In this document: positions 27,670-42,420 of the stretch, piece by piece
Layout: each line of letters starts with the position of its first letter
Numbering within the stretch: the first letter of the stretch is position 1
Origin: Eledone cirrhosa
Taxonomy: Eukaryota
Reading direction: 5' to 3'
DNA: 64,000 nt
Assembly (NCBI GenBank): GCA_964016885.1
Contig: OZ024742.1
Location: forward strand, 265,050,001 to 265,114,000
Position numbers and translations under genes: made by a program
The notes under the pieces: model-generated
Told to the model about the DNA's origin: nothing
Database searches by the model: none
Seen by the model: only the letters and a program-made list of their open reading frames with translations

Positions 27670-28450
27670 TTTCCTTCCAGACGGCCGTTTCGTTATAAGA
27701 TTTCTACAATTTTGGATAAATAATTTCCAGGTTATGTAGAAACTTGTATATTATCCATAGTTTTAATATATATACATACACACACGGTCTAGTGGTGTTA
27801 CGTCCGATAGTCAGTCTGGGGCTTTAAAATTACGCAATAGATATTTCGAAATGTGGAGACAACGTGAGTAGAACTCGGATCTTATGTTTAGACAAGCGCT
27901 ATTACGCCACCGTGTCAGGATATTGATTCTTTCTTCAATGCACAGTCCACAAGGTGGATTCCCATTTCCGTATGGCTTAGACTTGGTTATAACTTTCAAT
28001 TGGATGTAATCCACGCCTGCGTCTTTGGGGGACCATATGTGGCTCACGAGCTTTGTGGATGATCGTTTGTCCGGATGTCTAAATGACGACAGAGGATTCA
28101 GGAAGCGTTCTTGAAACCGGCCCTCCACCATACCCTCACATGATTTGATCTCTTGTTGTTGATTTTGGTCGGTTAGAAGTGACTACAGCTTCATAAATCA
28201 CAGTGGGTGTGTTGCACTGTTGTTGAAGGGGACAAACTTCAGGCCTTCGGCCAGAGCATCTTGCTGGGGTTGAGCTCTTAGGACTGATGGGAATCTGGGC
28301 CTTCATATTCTTAGCACAGAAGTAGCTGAGTTTCAGCCTGTGTCTGATAAAGATGGAACGGTATTTATGACCTTTGGGGAAGTGCCTATCTAGGAGAGCT
28401 AAAAATATTTTACCTACATTAGTTTTAACGTTGAGTGAGAGAACGGGTAA
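27670..28450 (-). mobile_element. Naiad-like PLE 3' fragment (GIY-YIG endonuclease)
   Basis: NVKTNVGKIFL..RHFPKGHKY, CPLQQQC..VIYEA, GRFQERF, CGLCIEE..CLNIRSE..CLH. The 3' half of a hammerhead (GAAA CGGCCG UC UGGAA, minus strand) is at 27675-27691. Confidence 0.8.
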
Positions 28451-28459
28451 AACCTCTGG

Positions 28460-28800
28460 TTATCCTGGGTCCTTCCAGTTACTCAATAGGAATTTCGTAG
28501 CATGGGGTCAGCGATTAACAAAATTGGCTCTTGTGTTAAGGTAAGCACTTTTACGTAACCTCTGTAAGATATTTACAAATCCATCGATGTGCAACTTACA
28601 GAAATTCGTTGCATTCCTCCATGGTTTCGATTTTAGTGAGGATTTTCCATTGGATGGAGAACTTCACGTCTGCATTCTTGAGTGACCACACGTGACCTGC
28701 TAGCTTCGTGGACGATCGCTTGATTGAGTGTTTAAAGGTTATCTGATGATTAAGGAAGCGTTCTTTAAACCGGCCCTCCGACATACCTACATATGTTTTG
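28460..28800 (-). mobile_element. Second Naiad-like GIY-YIG fragment
   Basis: KTYVGMSEGRFKERFLNH..SSTKLAGHVWSLK..IQWKIL, paralogous to 27811-28131. Confidence 0.78.
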
Positions 28801-29218
28801 AAATAACAGTCGGCCCCAAATGATCATTCAAAATACAGGAAATAAGTTTAATTAATTAAGATCTAATGATGTAATAAACTAACAAGCCAAATTTGAATTA
28901 ATGAACTTTAATCGCATGAGCGCAGGTCTAATCACGATTAATTCAGTTGAAAAGCGGCAGGTAGAAATAAAACTGAAGCGGTTGTTTTACAGAAGGGCCA
29001 TCCTATATATGATCATCTATGTATTCTTGAGTTTCCATGACACAATTGATGGTTGTAGGACATTGTGGTTAAATACATCTTGTTGCCTTCCTCCACCTCT
29101 CCCAATCACGGTAATTCTCAGTAAACTGATCCATGATTGCCTTAATTTGAGGAATTTAACAGAAATATTCGTGGATTACTATGGAATAATTAGTTTCTAT
29201 TACTCTTCCATAGTTAAA

Positions 29219-29308
<90 letters not shown>

Positions 29309-29499
29309 TGTGTGTGCCTGTGTGTAAACAAAACCATCAATTGCTCAAACCTGAACGTTAATACATTTATGATTATGATGATGATTATTCTCCTCGCTTC
29401 GTTTTAATGAAAATTGTTAAATCTCACTAAAATGACACTATCTAATAAAAAAAAAAGAGGGGTGGATGCATTCGATTATGTAGTTCTAGGTGTATTGTG

Positions 29500-29765
29500 A
29501 AGGTGCGTGACGAAGTGGTTAGGATGTTTGGCTCGTGATCGTGAAGTTGTGAGTTCGAATTCTAGAGGCGTGTTCTGTCTTTGAGGAAGACACTATATTT
29601 CACGTTCCTCCAGTTCATTTAGCTTTTAAAGATGAGTTGAACCTGTAATTCAAAGGCCAATATTGTCACATACACTGACGCGCGTATTCTCACTGACAAC
29701 TACGTTAAGAGTACAGGTGCTTGTAGATCGCTCAGCCATTCGTACGTTACTTCCACTAACAGTCT
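29500..29765 (+). mobile_element. SINE family B copy, degraded
   Basis: gaagtggttaggatg..gttcgaattc head followed by tgtctttgaggaagacactatatttcacg. Confidence 0.65.
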
Positions 29766-30185
29766 ATATGATTTATATTTGTGCAAAAGACTTTGAAATA
29801 TGGCTATAATGGCTTTTGATTTTACTGTACCTTTATCTAAATTGACCTGGGGTTAAACGACAACTTTATTTCTAACAGCTACCCTATTAACATCAGCATC
29901 AACAACTCAAGTAGCACAGCTCAGCATCCCCTACTAAGAGTGGCACAATACCACCACTTGGGATTTGTCACTTAATATGGTGCCACTTGAGAGATCGTTT
30001 CACCATTATACTTCAGTTGGTATTGACATGTTACTGGGTAGGGGATAGAAACAGACATCACATGGAAACACACACACATACATAAACACACATGCACTTA
30101 CACACATTCATAAAACCACATAAACACGCACCCACGCACACAGATATATATATTAATATATATTTATATAATTAGAATACTCATC

Positions 30186-30248
<63 letters not shown>

Positions 30249-30408
30249 GTGCGGCGTGTGTTTGTGTGAGTTTATATATATATATATATATATATAAATA
30301 TATAAATGTACATGTCTGTTGGGGGAGAAAGAAGTAGGTACGTGTGTATATGAGAGAGTGAGGGGGGAGGGAGAGAGGGAGAGATAGATAGAGAAAGAGA
30401 GGGAGGGA

Positions 30409-30495
<87 letters not shown>

Positions 30496-30618
30496 GTTGT
30501 ATTTATTGATATCAATGAAGATCTTGACAGCAATGTTATTTTAATATCATATATATATATGCCACTTCATGTCATCTATCTGGCATTTTCATCTCCATGT
30601 TGTCCTTCTCCTCCTCAC

Positions 30619-30659
<41 letters not shown>

Positions 30660-31041
30660 CCACCATCATCGTCATCCTCCTCCTCCTCCTCCTCATCATC
30701 ATCATTATCACCATCGTTCTCGAGGTCGTCGACACTCCACTGTCAACTCAACCAACACCACCATCAATATTGTTGTAACTGTTACAAAGAATTATGCCAG
30801 CACCACCACCCCCAACACATCAACATCTGAGTTTGACAACTTCAATTATACATACATACACAAACACATATATACGTACGTATGTACGTACGTTCATACA
30901 TACATACATATATATACATACATACATTTCAGAAATTCAGCATGTAATAACTTTATATACACATATATAGATATAGAAACACATGTACATGTACACATAT
31001 AACTCAAAACATCAGATCCACACGTGCAATAACATCCATAC

Positions 31042-31139
<98 letters not shown>

Positions 31140-31164
31140 GCACGCACGCACGCACACACACACT

Positions 31165-31262
<98 letters not shown>

Positions 31263-31495
31263 CATCCATACCAGCACACACGCACGCACACACAGACATG
31301 CACATTTACCTAGTTGATGTCTAAATTCCAATGAACGAGTCTTGTTTCTTTTGGTGAAAATTTATAAAATAAAACCAGAACATACATACAGGCTTCCTTC
31401 TAAACACCGATAGTCATATTTCTCATTTTTCCAACTCGTCATAAGTCACTCGATTTATTTTACCCTTCTAGCTACAGGCATAGCATCGTCTAAAA

Positions 31496-32033
31496 CAGGG
31501 CTTCTCAAAGCCCCCTCCCCCCTCTCCCGGGAAGAGGGGAGGGGGCGTTTATAAGACCAGGGGTGCGCTGCGGCCTTAGGGTGCGATAGAGATGATATAA
31601 GCGTGTATTAAATATCAAATGGTATATACATAGAAATATAGTAAAATAAAAATATATAATATCTATTTATACATAGTATATATATTATTTATTATATATA
31701 AATTAACGATTTTATTTATTATATATTATTTACAATTTGTGGATTAGCAGTATCGGTAGAGAGTCGGACACCATGCTTTGAAACATAGAGTTACGTCCCT
31801 TTATGATCTGAGTTCAAATCCCGCCGAGGTTAACTTTGCCTTTCATCCTTACGGGTTCGATAAAATAAAGTACCAGTAATGTACTGGGTAATTGCTGGCC
31901 TTGTGCCTAAAAATAGAAACAATTATTTACAATTTGCGTGTAGGCAGGTCTCTCTGGAAATCAGGTTGGGGGCTACTGAAGGTATTACATGGCCATGAGG
32001 CGGGAAATGGCCCCAACATTTTGAGAACCTCTG
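31496..32033. mobile_element. hAT (Charlie-like) MITE with nested SINE
   Basis: TIRs cagggcttctcaaa / tttgagaacctctg and a perfect 8-bp TSD gtctaaaa (31488-31495 and 32034-32041). Confidence 0.85.
31740..31921 (+). mobile_element. SINE family A, full length, with 15-bp TSD
   Basis: Flanked by attatttacaatttg at 31725-31739 and 31922-31936. Confidence 0.9.
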
Positions 32034-33199
32034 GTCTAAAAAGACAGAATTAGTGGTCAGCGTCTCCTTAGAATAGTGTTTTACACACTCAGCCCTCAAT
32101 CCTCGCTGAAGGCTCTGTCCATTTTTTCGACACTAGGAGGACTTTACCTGATTTTCTCAAGTATTATTTACGGTGATCGACTATTATTAGGCTCCTTTGC
32201 GTTGAGACGTAGACATTTCAAATTCTCCATTTTCTTTACTCATCTTTCGTCTACTATTAACAAGTATAAATTCTAAAAAAGAAGTAATCCATGAGCAGCT
32301 GCACTAGTTCATTTTCTTTGCAGGGATTCTTTACACAATTTTTTCATTTACTATATATAGTGATCGACTATCACTATTGTCATTTACATTGGGACGCACA
32401 CATTTAAAATTTCACATCTGCTCGGCGTTTCTTAAGTTAACACTTTTAGTTACAGGTTTAAAATCTTCTAAAAAGACAGACTTGATATCCAGCGTTTTTT
32501 AGCGTAGTGTACGGTGTTCGATTCCTCACAGACACTTCTGTCTACTTTTTACTGATTCTAATGGGACTTTACCCGATTTTGTCATCTATTATTTACAGTG
32601 CTAGACTACAATTATGTACATTTACGTGGGTACGCAATCATTTCAAATACAACACTCACACAAACACAAATACACAAATATATACACACACACAAAGTCA
32701 CACACGCTCACATATAGTGCGGACGTCCATTGAATCTGAGCAAAACCAGTTTCTTGTTGCAGACATCATCCCGTATTAGACGTTATTTGTTGCCCTTGAC
32801 TCTTAGATGACTACTGAACCCCAGCTCTTAAACATTTCATGCTAGATGTGGCTTAGAATTTGAACCGATACACTACAAGCAGTGGAAGATGTACACACAC
32901 ACATACACTCCCACCCACCCACATACATACATCTGTGTGTCTGTGTGTATGTGTGTATGCGTGTGTGTGCGTGTGTGTGCGTGTGTATGCATGTGTGTGT
33001 CTCTGTGTGTCTGTACCTATGTCTATCTGTGTAAGCGTGTGTAATGTTAAGACGAATAAAATGAGTAACCGACAGCAATAGTCAGCACCACTTTACGAGA
33101 ATAATCACATGTCTCACCAAAATGACACATTCGAAATTATAACCCGGAACTACCCAACCCAAGCCATTGAACTCGAGAACTTTGAAGCGGAGCTCCTGT

Positions 33200-33960
33200 A
33201 AATAACAAGCATAGTAACATTTGATAAAGGCAATAATGCATGCCAACGTAAACTAAAATCTGACATCATGATTATTAATGCCACAAAATCTATACATTTT
33301 CAAATATAACAAAAAAGAAAATCTACACTTACACAAGAACACATACACAAAAGTCTGAATAAAAAAATATCCTGCAAAAATAAAAGAAACAAACATATAC
33401 ACTAATGATAACATTGACCATAAAACAATAGCTACAAATCTTAAAATACAGTCAAAATGCAGTGTTAAGTCAAACGCGAAACATAAGTAACACTTAAAGA
33501 TCACAAGATTCACATCGCCACTAACTCAAAATTGCTGGCTTATGAATCCAACTAAGATTAAACTTGGAAAAGATGGCAAACACATGTTAACCTTCATTAA
33601 TGATAAAATTAGAAATACCATTACATCATGACAATAGAATTGGACCAGCGTAGTAGCTGACTGATTTAATCACAATAGCGAGAAATACAGATGCAACTTC
33701 ATCTAGTTCTATACTGTTATTTACCAAGCTTAGAATATCTTAGTATTGTTTACAGATGATAGTGTAGCTACTTCCAACAACATAAATGAATGCTGACTTT
33801 AATAAAATAAAGAAAGACCTTATTAAAGACCCTTAAAGATCTAGAAATTAATGTCACAGTAATAACTAGCATGACGAAAGTGAACTTCTGAGATGTCTCA
33901 CACGAGCTTAACATGAAATACAACTTATACAGAAAAGAAAATATAAAACTCATTTACACA
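33200..33960 (+). mobile_element. Old degraded Naiad-like PLE RT fragment
   Basis: Manual translation gives KLKSDI, VTLKDHK, LMNPTKIKLGK, a YRDD-like site (tacagatgat) and VNF*DV. Confidence 0.65.
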
Positions 33961-34512
33961 GACAGTAGTGGGAATAGTGGTCGTGGCTTCGCTATTTGTG
34001 TTGTTTGATTCTGCAGTCGTCATTTTCAATCGTGCCATTATCTGAGTTGCGATCCTTGTTTAGATTTTTGTAATCCTTCTCATGATCATGATCATCAATC
34101 ATCATTGTTATCTTTCTCTTCCCTGCACACCTCCTGCTCCTCCTCGTCATAATGATGTTGATGATGATGATTATGATGATGATTATCATCATTATCAATA
34201 ACATCAACAACATCAACGCTATCACCGTGATCACCATCATTAATATTATCGCCATTCGTTTTCTTTTATTCTTTTACTGGATTAGGTCATTGGACTGGAG
34301 ACATTATGGTGCAACGGTCCTGTGGACTCTCGGGCTTGTTTCTAAGTCCGATATTATAATTATCGATCTCTATTTGTCGAACCTCTTGGTTAGGATATAA
34401 ACAAACACCGCCAGCTGTTAAGCGGTGTCGTCATAAATATAGACAAGGTAAAACATAGATACGTACGTATGTCTGTATGTCTGCCTGCCTATCTATCTAT
34501 CTATCTATCTAC

Positions 34513-34612
<100 letters not shown>

Positions 34613-34875
34613 TTATCTATCTTATTATTTATTTATTTATTCATTTATTTATTTAACAATGAAATATCGAATGGTTTTGAATCACTATTCTTCAATAAAT
34701 TATAGCTTTGTTTAAGTTTTATAATGGCGACGTGCACAAGATTTAGTCTATCACAGAAAACTTTACCCGGTAAGAACCATAAAGTAGTGAATGTAGCTAT
34801 AAATTTAGGATAGTTGTATGTCATTGACCTTTCGGCTCCATGCAAATTCATTATTATGATGAGCATACTATATAT

Positions 34876-34926
<51 letters not shown>

Positions 34927-34929
<3 letters not shown>

Positions 34930-36169
34930 GAAGGAAGAGCTGAAAAGATGTTAACTTTAAGGGTAATGCGAAAGGGTAGAGCTGCTACCGTTACAGCGGA
35001 GGTAGGGCAGCTATTTAGGAGAAGCAAAAAAATATGATGGTATACAATATATCTTTCTCTTTTTTTTTGTAGTTTTAACGATGGCAGATCCTACAATGGA
35101 ATTTGGTAAAATTGAAGCACACGTGGTCATGAAGTTCCTCTTTTTGCAAGGCAAAGAGCGGCGGAAATCCATGATGAGATGAAGAAAGTTTTGAAGGATG
35201 GCGGCCCATCTTACTCCACAGTGAAAATCTGGGTGTCAAGATTACAGACTGGCCATTTCACGGTCACAGATAACCCCGGCCAGGACGGCCAACTTCCGGG
35301 TTCACAGAGGGAAAAGCCGAGGCTGTGCACGTCATGATTCTCGAAGACCGCTGGATTTCAGCTAAATTTATAGCTGAGAATCTGGAGATTTCCCGCGAAA
35401 GAGTTGACTATATCATCCGCAATATTCTGGACACGCGAAAGCTTTCCACAAAATGGATGCCAAAATGTCTGAATGCAGATCAGAAGCGCATCTCGTGACG
35501 GAAGAGGCTGATTTTATGGCTCGTTTTGTCACCATGGATCAAACTTGGCTTCACATTATGATTGCCACACCAACCATCAATCAATGGAGTGACTCCGCGG
35601 CTGTTCATCGTGTCCCAAGAAATTTCGGACCCAGATATCAGCTGGAAAAATTCTGACTGCGGTGTTCTGGGACAACGACGTAGTATTCCTCATAACATAC
35701 CTGCCAAATGACCGCACGATTAACGCACATTACTATATCTATTATATGTTTCTTTTGGACAACTGCTTGGGAAACTGAGCAGTGGTGTCCGGATTTTGCT
35801 GGACATTGCACTACCACACACAGCACATGAAATTCTACGGAAATGACGTGATTTTGGCTTTGAATTATTAGACCATCCAACTTACTCTCCTGCCGCCCCC
35901 TCCACCTATCCTCAAACAAACACATCTATCCTCAAAGAAACATATCAAGGGAAGGAAATTTCACTCCGATTTGGGAGTGGCCGCTGCTACAGAGGCCTGG
36001 TTGGAGGCCCAACCTTCCGAGTTCTTTTTACAGGGCTTAGAAAAACTGAAGAACCACTGCAATAAGTTTGTGAATCTGAGAGAGGAATACGTTGAATAAA
36101 ATCATAATTAACTGATCCTCCTGTATTTTATTTCACCCAAAACCAGAAACCTTTCAGAAAGACCTCGTA
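34927..36169 (+). mobile_element. Degenerate mariner (Tc1/mariner) DNA transposon
   Basis: TA-flanked degenerate TIRs. Transposase remnants from about 35096 to 36099: MKFLFLQGK, PSYSTVKIW, RKLSTKWMPKCL (WVP-like), FVTMDQTWLH, and a terminal GEYVE-like EEYVE*. Confidence 0.85.
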
Positions 36170-36171
36170 TA

Positions 36172-36238
<67 letters not shown>

Positions 36239-36508
36239 TAATAAAAACAATGAATAAAAACAAAGAACAAGTTCCTTATATTAAAAAATTCATCATTTTA
36301 CGATCGTTTCTAGGATATATATGTGTGTTGGTATGTATATCATATACATAGTGTCCAATCCGTATGAAGAACTCAATGTAATCCAAATATCATGAAAAGA
36401 GAAGATGCATTCAAAAATGTTCGATGAAAATCACAGGAAAACAGAGTCAAGATAAATTAATAAAAACAATGAATAAAAACAAAGAACAAGCTCCTTATAT
36501 TAAAACAT

Positions 36509-36644
36509 TCATCATTTTACGATCGTTTCTAGGATAAATATGTGTGTTGGTATGTATATTATATAGATCTATGTAAAAATATTACAAACTATCAGAGGAA
36601 ATATACATACCTTCACATATATATGCTCTCTTCAGAAATGATGA
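36509..36644 (-). ncRNA. Hammerhead with long stem II
   Basis: Reverse complement of 39028-39155, with small differences. Confidence 0.62.
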
Positions 36645-39027
36645 GATTTGTTTATTGAAAAAACAACAACAAAGATTTAATATAATAGGTCTGTTTGGGA
36701 ACAGGTTTTGAGTTGACCAATAGAAAAGTAGTAAGTGGTCACGTTGATAGAATAGTAGTAGTAGAAATTTAATTTACGGGTAGAGGGGTGCAGACTTATG
36801 TTTCGAATGGAAAGAATACTTTGGGGATAAAAAGAGGTCAAGCCGGTGAAGGGTACACGAAAATTTGATGTTATTAAAGAATAGTGTTAAAAACGAAGGA
36901 AAGTAAAATTTTAGGGTAAGTGAAAAATACCAATCTTATTTAAACCACAAGGAATCAAGATCTATAACAAGAAATTAAATGAATTGATAGGTATACTTAT
37001 AGGGATAAATTTATATTATTTCATATGGATGTGATAAATAAGAATTAGATGTTATTAAAGAATGTTGTTAAAAACGAAGGAAAATAAAATTTTGGGATAA
37101 GGGTAATAGTGAGAAATACCAATCTTATATAAACTACAAGGAATCTAGATTCATAACAGGAAATTAAATTCATTTATATGTATACTTTTAGGTATTAATT
37201 TTAGGAAGAGAGTGCTGTAAGAGGGAAATAAAATTATGAAGTTCTCTGTAGTAAAGTACTAATTATAGGTTAACTAAATTAAAAAAACTAATTATAATAA
37301 TATGTAAAATATAAGTGTAAGGTGTATATTAATTAGGTTTATAATATCTGAAGGTTCTTCTAACTCTATGATTGCAAGATATAATTAATTCTTGTCGCTT
37401 ATTTAATAGGATATACTTAGATTTCATTATTTCAAAAAGTTCCAAATCTACACTCATATCTGTTATTTTGATAAGGGGTGGCCCTTTTGAGCACACTCTA
37501 GGTCAGGTTGTAATCGATATTCTTTTTTCTATAATTATTAATTGTTTCAGCCAAGGATGTTGTATTAGCTAATGCGGCATTTTTAAAACTATGTTTGTGG
37601 GTATTAAATTTTACTTTAAATTGGTTAGACGTAGCTCCTATATATGAATAAGTGGAGTCCTTAGTGCTAATTTTACATTTATAGTCTATGTTATTAATAA
37701 GACAATTTCCCTTTAATGGGCAATTTCTTTTGTTTCTACAGTTACAACTATTCGTGAATATTATATCAGGGGAGTTAGTCAAATTTGGTGTGGAATTTAC
37801 TCGACTTGTTATATGTGAAGGAGATGGTGGTTTGTTGCGGTTTATTTTAGTATTATGGTTGGTTTGATGTGTTGGTGGTATATTCGTGGTTTTTTTAACA
37901 TTTATATGCGTTGTACGCACTTATATTTTGTTGTAGATTTTTGGTAGTGGAGTAGGAAAATTTGACAGTTGATCTATTTAAAAATTGATGGTATTTATGG
38001 TTTGGCGGAAAGTTTTCCTCTAGGATAGTAAAACTATTTTTAGGGATATTATGTTTAATTTGTAGATTAAATGGAGCATTATACCAAGTAACCCGTCTAT
38101 TACGGTTTCGATATTGTTTTTTATATTTATACGGATATAATTTTATATTTATATCAGGATGTTTACTAAGAGAGTTACTATTAGTGAATTTATTATATAT
38201 AGGTTTAGGTAGATTAACTGATTTAGGTGTTTTAGTCTGATTATTAGGAATTTTGTTAGTAATGTTGTTAACATATATTGGAGTATTAGGATGAATGGTT
38301 TTTCGAAAGTCATATTTTATGTGAGAAGAGGTAGAGAAATTAAGTTTTAGGTTGGTATTTTTGGGTGTAGTGTGAGTGGCATTTAGGTGTGTGTTTTTCA
38401 TTTGGTGTTTGTTGGTAATATTGGGTTGTATGTTTGAAGTATTATTGGTGCAAGGTATATAGACTAATTTGTTTTTGTGGCCGCTTCTAGCTAAAGTTTC
38501 GTTATAAATGGGCGCATTTTTATCGAATACATCCTGGTTAGATGAAAGGTTAGAGATTCTGAGTGAGATATTATATGCTAGGTTTTTAAAGATAGATCTA
38601 GGGTGATTGGATTGTGAGTGTATGTAATGTAAGTTTTGGTTAGGTTTATTGTAATGTTGGTAGATACCCGTAGGTAAGTCTAAAGTTATATCTAGGAAAT
38701 TAACTATTTTACTGATGTTTTCAAATGTAATAGTGAGATTGTAATAGTCTTTGAGGAAAGTTCTAATAAGTTTTTTTTATTTTTTTCAATTTCTGATAGA
38801 CTAAGATTAGTGGAAAGAAGAAGACAGTCATCACGATATAAACCACCTTTAAGGTGGGGAAAAGAAGAATTTATGTTAAATAGAAGAAAGAGGCCCACAA
38901 GATCGGTAATTTGGGCAGAATCACTAGAGCCCATAGTAATGTCGAAGCGATTGCTATATGTATTTCTGGTCCAGTATTCCTTCTGAAATTCCAGTAGTGT
39001 TGTTTTCTTTTTTTCAATAAACAAATC

Positions 39028-39155
39028 TCATCATTTCTGAAGACAGCATATATATGTGTATATTTCCTCTGATAGGTTGTAATATTTTTACATAGATCTA
39101 TATGATATACATACCAACACACATATATATCCTAGAAACGATCGTAAAATGATGA
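39028..39155 (+). ncRNA. Hammerhead with long stem II
   Basis: tcatcattt ctgaaga [about 90 nt, atatatatgtgt/acacatatatat] gaaa cgatcg ta aaatgatga; 9-bp stem I, palindromic acgatcgt, GUA triplet. Confidence 0.65.
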
Positions 39156-39351
39156 ATTTTTTAATATAAGGAGCTTGTTCTTTGTTTTTATTCATTGTTT
39201 TTATTAATTTATCTTGACTCTGTTTTCCTGTGATTTTCATCGAACATTTTTGAATGCATCTTCTCTTTTCATGATATTTGGATTACATTGAGTTCTTCAT
39301 ACGGATTGGACACTACCGTATATTTTGGTAGATTTATCTACACACACACAC

Positions 39352-39439
<88 letters not shown>

Positions 39440-39440
39440 T

Positions 39441-39553
<113 letters not shown>

Positions 39554-39562
39554 TATATATAT

Positions 39563-39607
<45 letters not shown>

Positions 39608-39719
39608 TGTGTTTTGTGTGCGTGCGTGGGTGCCTATGTATGTATTCATGTTCTGGTTTCATTATTTTCACTGAGAGAGAAGAAGAAAGAGAGATCAGAG
39701 ATGTTTGGAAATTATCCAT

Positions 39720-40780
39720 AATCCCTGGAACAAAAGCCCCTCGCAACAGACCAGCCAGTTCGTTCTTGTCAACACCTGGAACTTCCCCACAAACAATGTC
39801 ACACTACTCAGCTAATAATCCTCTATAGATTGCTAATGTGGAACTTCCATTGATCGCACGACTGGTAGAGGACTGTATGTGCCAGGCAACATTCGTCATG
39901 CCACGTGCCCTGCCCTGGTCATTTCTTTATCCAAGACTGCAGATCAATCAGAGAAATGAGCTGTGGAAAAGCGTGTCTGACAAAAGGTGATCACCTTCGC
40001 CCACAGTCAGTCCAGGAATTTCTGCAAATGCCGCAGCCCCAACGCATGTTTGCGCATCAACAGCCACAGCATGCTGAGTCCACGGTGCAGTGGATGTTGG
40101 CAACAGATGGATCGTTAAACACGTCATTTCCACGGGAAATGGAAGAGAAGACGCTCCAGTCTGGTCGGATGAGGACTAGGACAAGGCACGACGGTCAGTT
40201 AAATGATGATGGAGGCAATGTAAACATTCGCCACCTCTACCCAATCTTTCAGGGATAGCTTCCTCTCGGCCCTTTTCTGAATGAGACCTGCCACCCTGCT
40301 TATAGCCTCACCCCACTGTCTGCCAACCAGGAAGTCTGAATCGAACTAGACCCCAAGCGATTTTACCGGTACATTGGCCCACTACTCCACAATTCTTTCC
40401 AACTGTATGGACTTACCTCCCCAGATGTCGAACTGCAAGCCCACTGGCATGTCCGGTTAGAATTTTTCCCCTTCAACCACCTCATATGCCTTTCGAACCA
40501 TGCTGAACACCGTCAATTCCGTGGTGTCCGACACTATCTCGATGACGTCCTCTGCATATATCAACGTTGCCCTCCCAGGTCCCAGTTCGAAAGAGATACT
40601 CCTCGAAACCTCTAACTTCCACAGCAGTGGCCCGAGAGCCATCACATACAGAGTGATGAAAGAAGACATATGACGAACCGAGTACTCAATACCAAACGGC
40701 TCAGAGAGGTGGCTGTTACTTTTGCCAATGAGCAGGTACCGGTCATGTACACTGCCGCGACCCAGCTTCTAAAACGGGAA
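39720..40780 (-). mobile_element. Older degraded L1/Tx1-like ORF2 fragment
   Basis: Minus-strand translation RKLSLKDWVEVANVYIAS, IYAEDV and FPQL; diverged homolog of 62900-63900. Confidence 0.75.
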
Positions 40781-40784
40781 GAAT

Positions 40785-40975
40785 GATTTCTACTTTAGGC
40801 ACAAGGCTAGTAATCTTGTGCAGATGAAAGTCGATTAAATCGATCCCAGTATAAGATTGGTCATTTATTTTATCGATCCCAAAAGGATGAAAAATAAAGT
40901 TGGCCTCAGCGGGATTCGAACGTTAAAAGCTAAAGTACATATCGTGAGGCATTTTGTTCGACGTTCTAACGATAC
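40785..40975 (-). mobile_element. SINE family A, older copy
   Basis: Reverse complement of the family A body, including the gtcgatttaatcgac segment. Confidence 0.7.
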
Positions 40976-41309
40976 TGAAATGTCTAGCGTTGGTGCATTT
41001 AGAACTGACAGTAAGATCATTAACGATGGTGATGATGGTGATGGTGATGTCATCGGCAACGATTATGATGATGGTAATTATGATATTCACGATGATAACG
41101 GCTATGACACCGTCGAAGATAATGATGATATCGTTGATAATGGTAATGATTGTGATGATGTTGAGGATTATGATGATTATGGTTTTGATTACGATCACGA
41201 GAAGGTTGGCGGAGGAGTAGGATAATAATGAGAATAGTGGTGATGAATTTAGTTGATATTTGTAATTGCAGAGGGCACCACTAAGGCAGTCATTGACATT
41301 ATTATTTGG

Positions 41310-42100
41310 ATTGGTAGAAATGCTTTACGATATTTAGTTACGACTCTCTACATTTCGGGGTCGATAAAATAAAGTACCAGTAGCCCACACGGGTTGATTT
41401 AATCGACTTTCCCTCTTTCAAAATTGTTGGTCTTGTGACTAAGTCAGAAACCATTATTAAGGCCACTGAGGGCGGTAGATTGGCAGTATCGATAGAGAGT
41501 CGGACGCCATGCTTTGCAGTATACAGTTACGGCCCTTTATGATCTGAGTTCAAATCCCGCCGGGGTTAACTTTGCCTTTCGTCCTTACAGGGTCAATAAA
41601 GTAACGCACCAGTAACGTACTGGGGTCGATTTAATCGGCTTTTCCCTCCCACCAAATTACTGGCCTTGTCCCTATGCTAGAAATCATTATTAAGGCCATT
41701 GGATTGGCAGTATCGGTAAAGTGTCTGACAGCATGCTTGTGGCACAGAGTTACCTCCCTTCACGCCCTCCTTTTAACGTTCTGAGTTCAAATCCCGCCGA
41801 GGTTAGCTATGCCTTTCATCCTTACGGGGTCAATAAAATAAAGTACCAGTAATGTACTGAGGTCGATTTAATCGACTTTCTCCTCCTCAAAATCGTTGGC
41901 CTTGTGCTTAAATCAGAGACCGTGAATTGGCACTATCGGTAGAGGGTCGGACATGCTTTCTAGCATAGTTACGTCCTTTTATGATCTGATTTCAAATCCC
42001 GCCGAGGTTAACTTTGCCTTTCATCCATACGGGGTCGAGAAAATAAAGTACCAGTAATGCACTGGGTGATTGCTGGCCTTGTGCCTAAAGTAGAAACAGT
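41310..42100 (+). mobile_element. Array of four head-to-tail SINE family A copies
   Basis: Heads at about 41310, 41470, 41701 and 41922; direct repeat cattattaaggcca at 41452-41465 and 41685-41698. Confidence 0.85.
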
Positions 42101-42169
42101 TATGTACTTGTATAATATGCAACCGTCGTCCCCTTTATTCGCCCCTACTACCCAACGCAAAACAATTAA

Positions 42170-42375
42170 ATTTATACTACCACTACAGCTACTACTCGCC
42201 CCACCACCACCACTACTACCACAACCACCACCACCACCACCACCACCACTACTACTACTACTACAACAACTACAACAATAACAACTACTACCACCACCAC
42301 CACCACCACCACCACCACCACTACTACAACAACTACTGCTACTACTACTACTACTACTACTAATACAACTACTAC

Positions 42376-42420
<45 letters not shown>

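Larger units (their letters stand above)
36233..39315 (-). mobile_element. Second Naiad-like PLE, 5'-truncated in RT, with inverted and partial tandem pLTRs
   Basis: FDITMGSSDSAQITDLVG, GLYRDD, WYNAPFN, CNCRNKRNCPLKGNCL..YIGAT. 36349-36665 is inverted at 39010-39315, and 36233-36346 duplicates 36452-36565. Confidence 0.9.
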
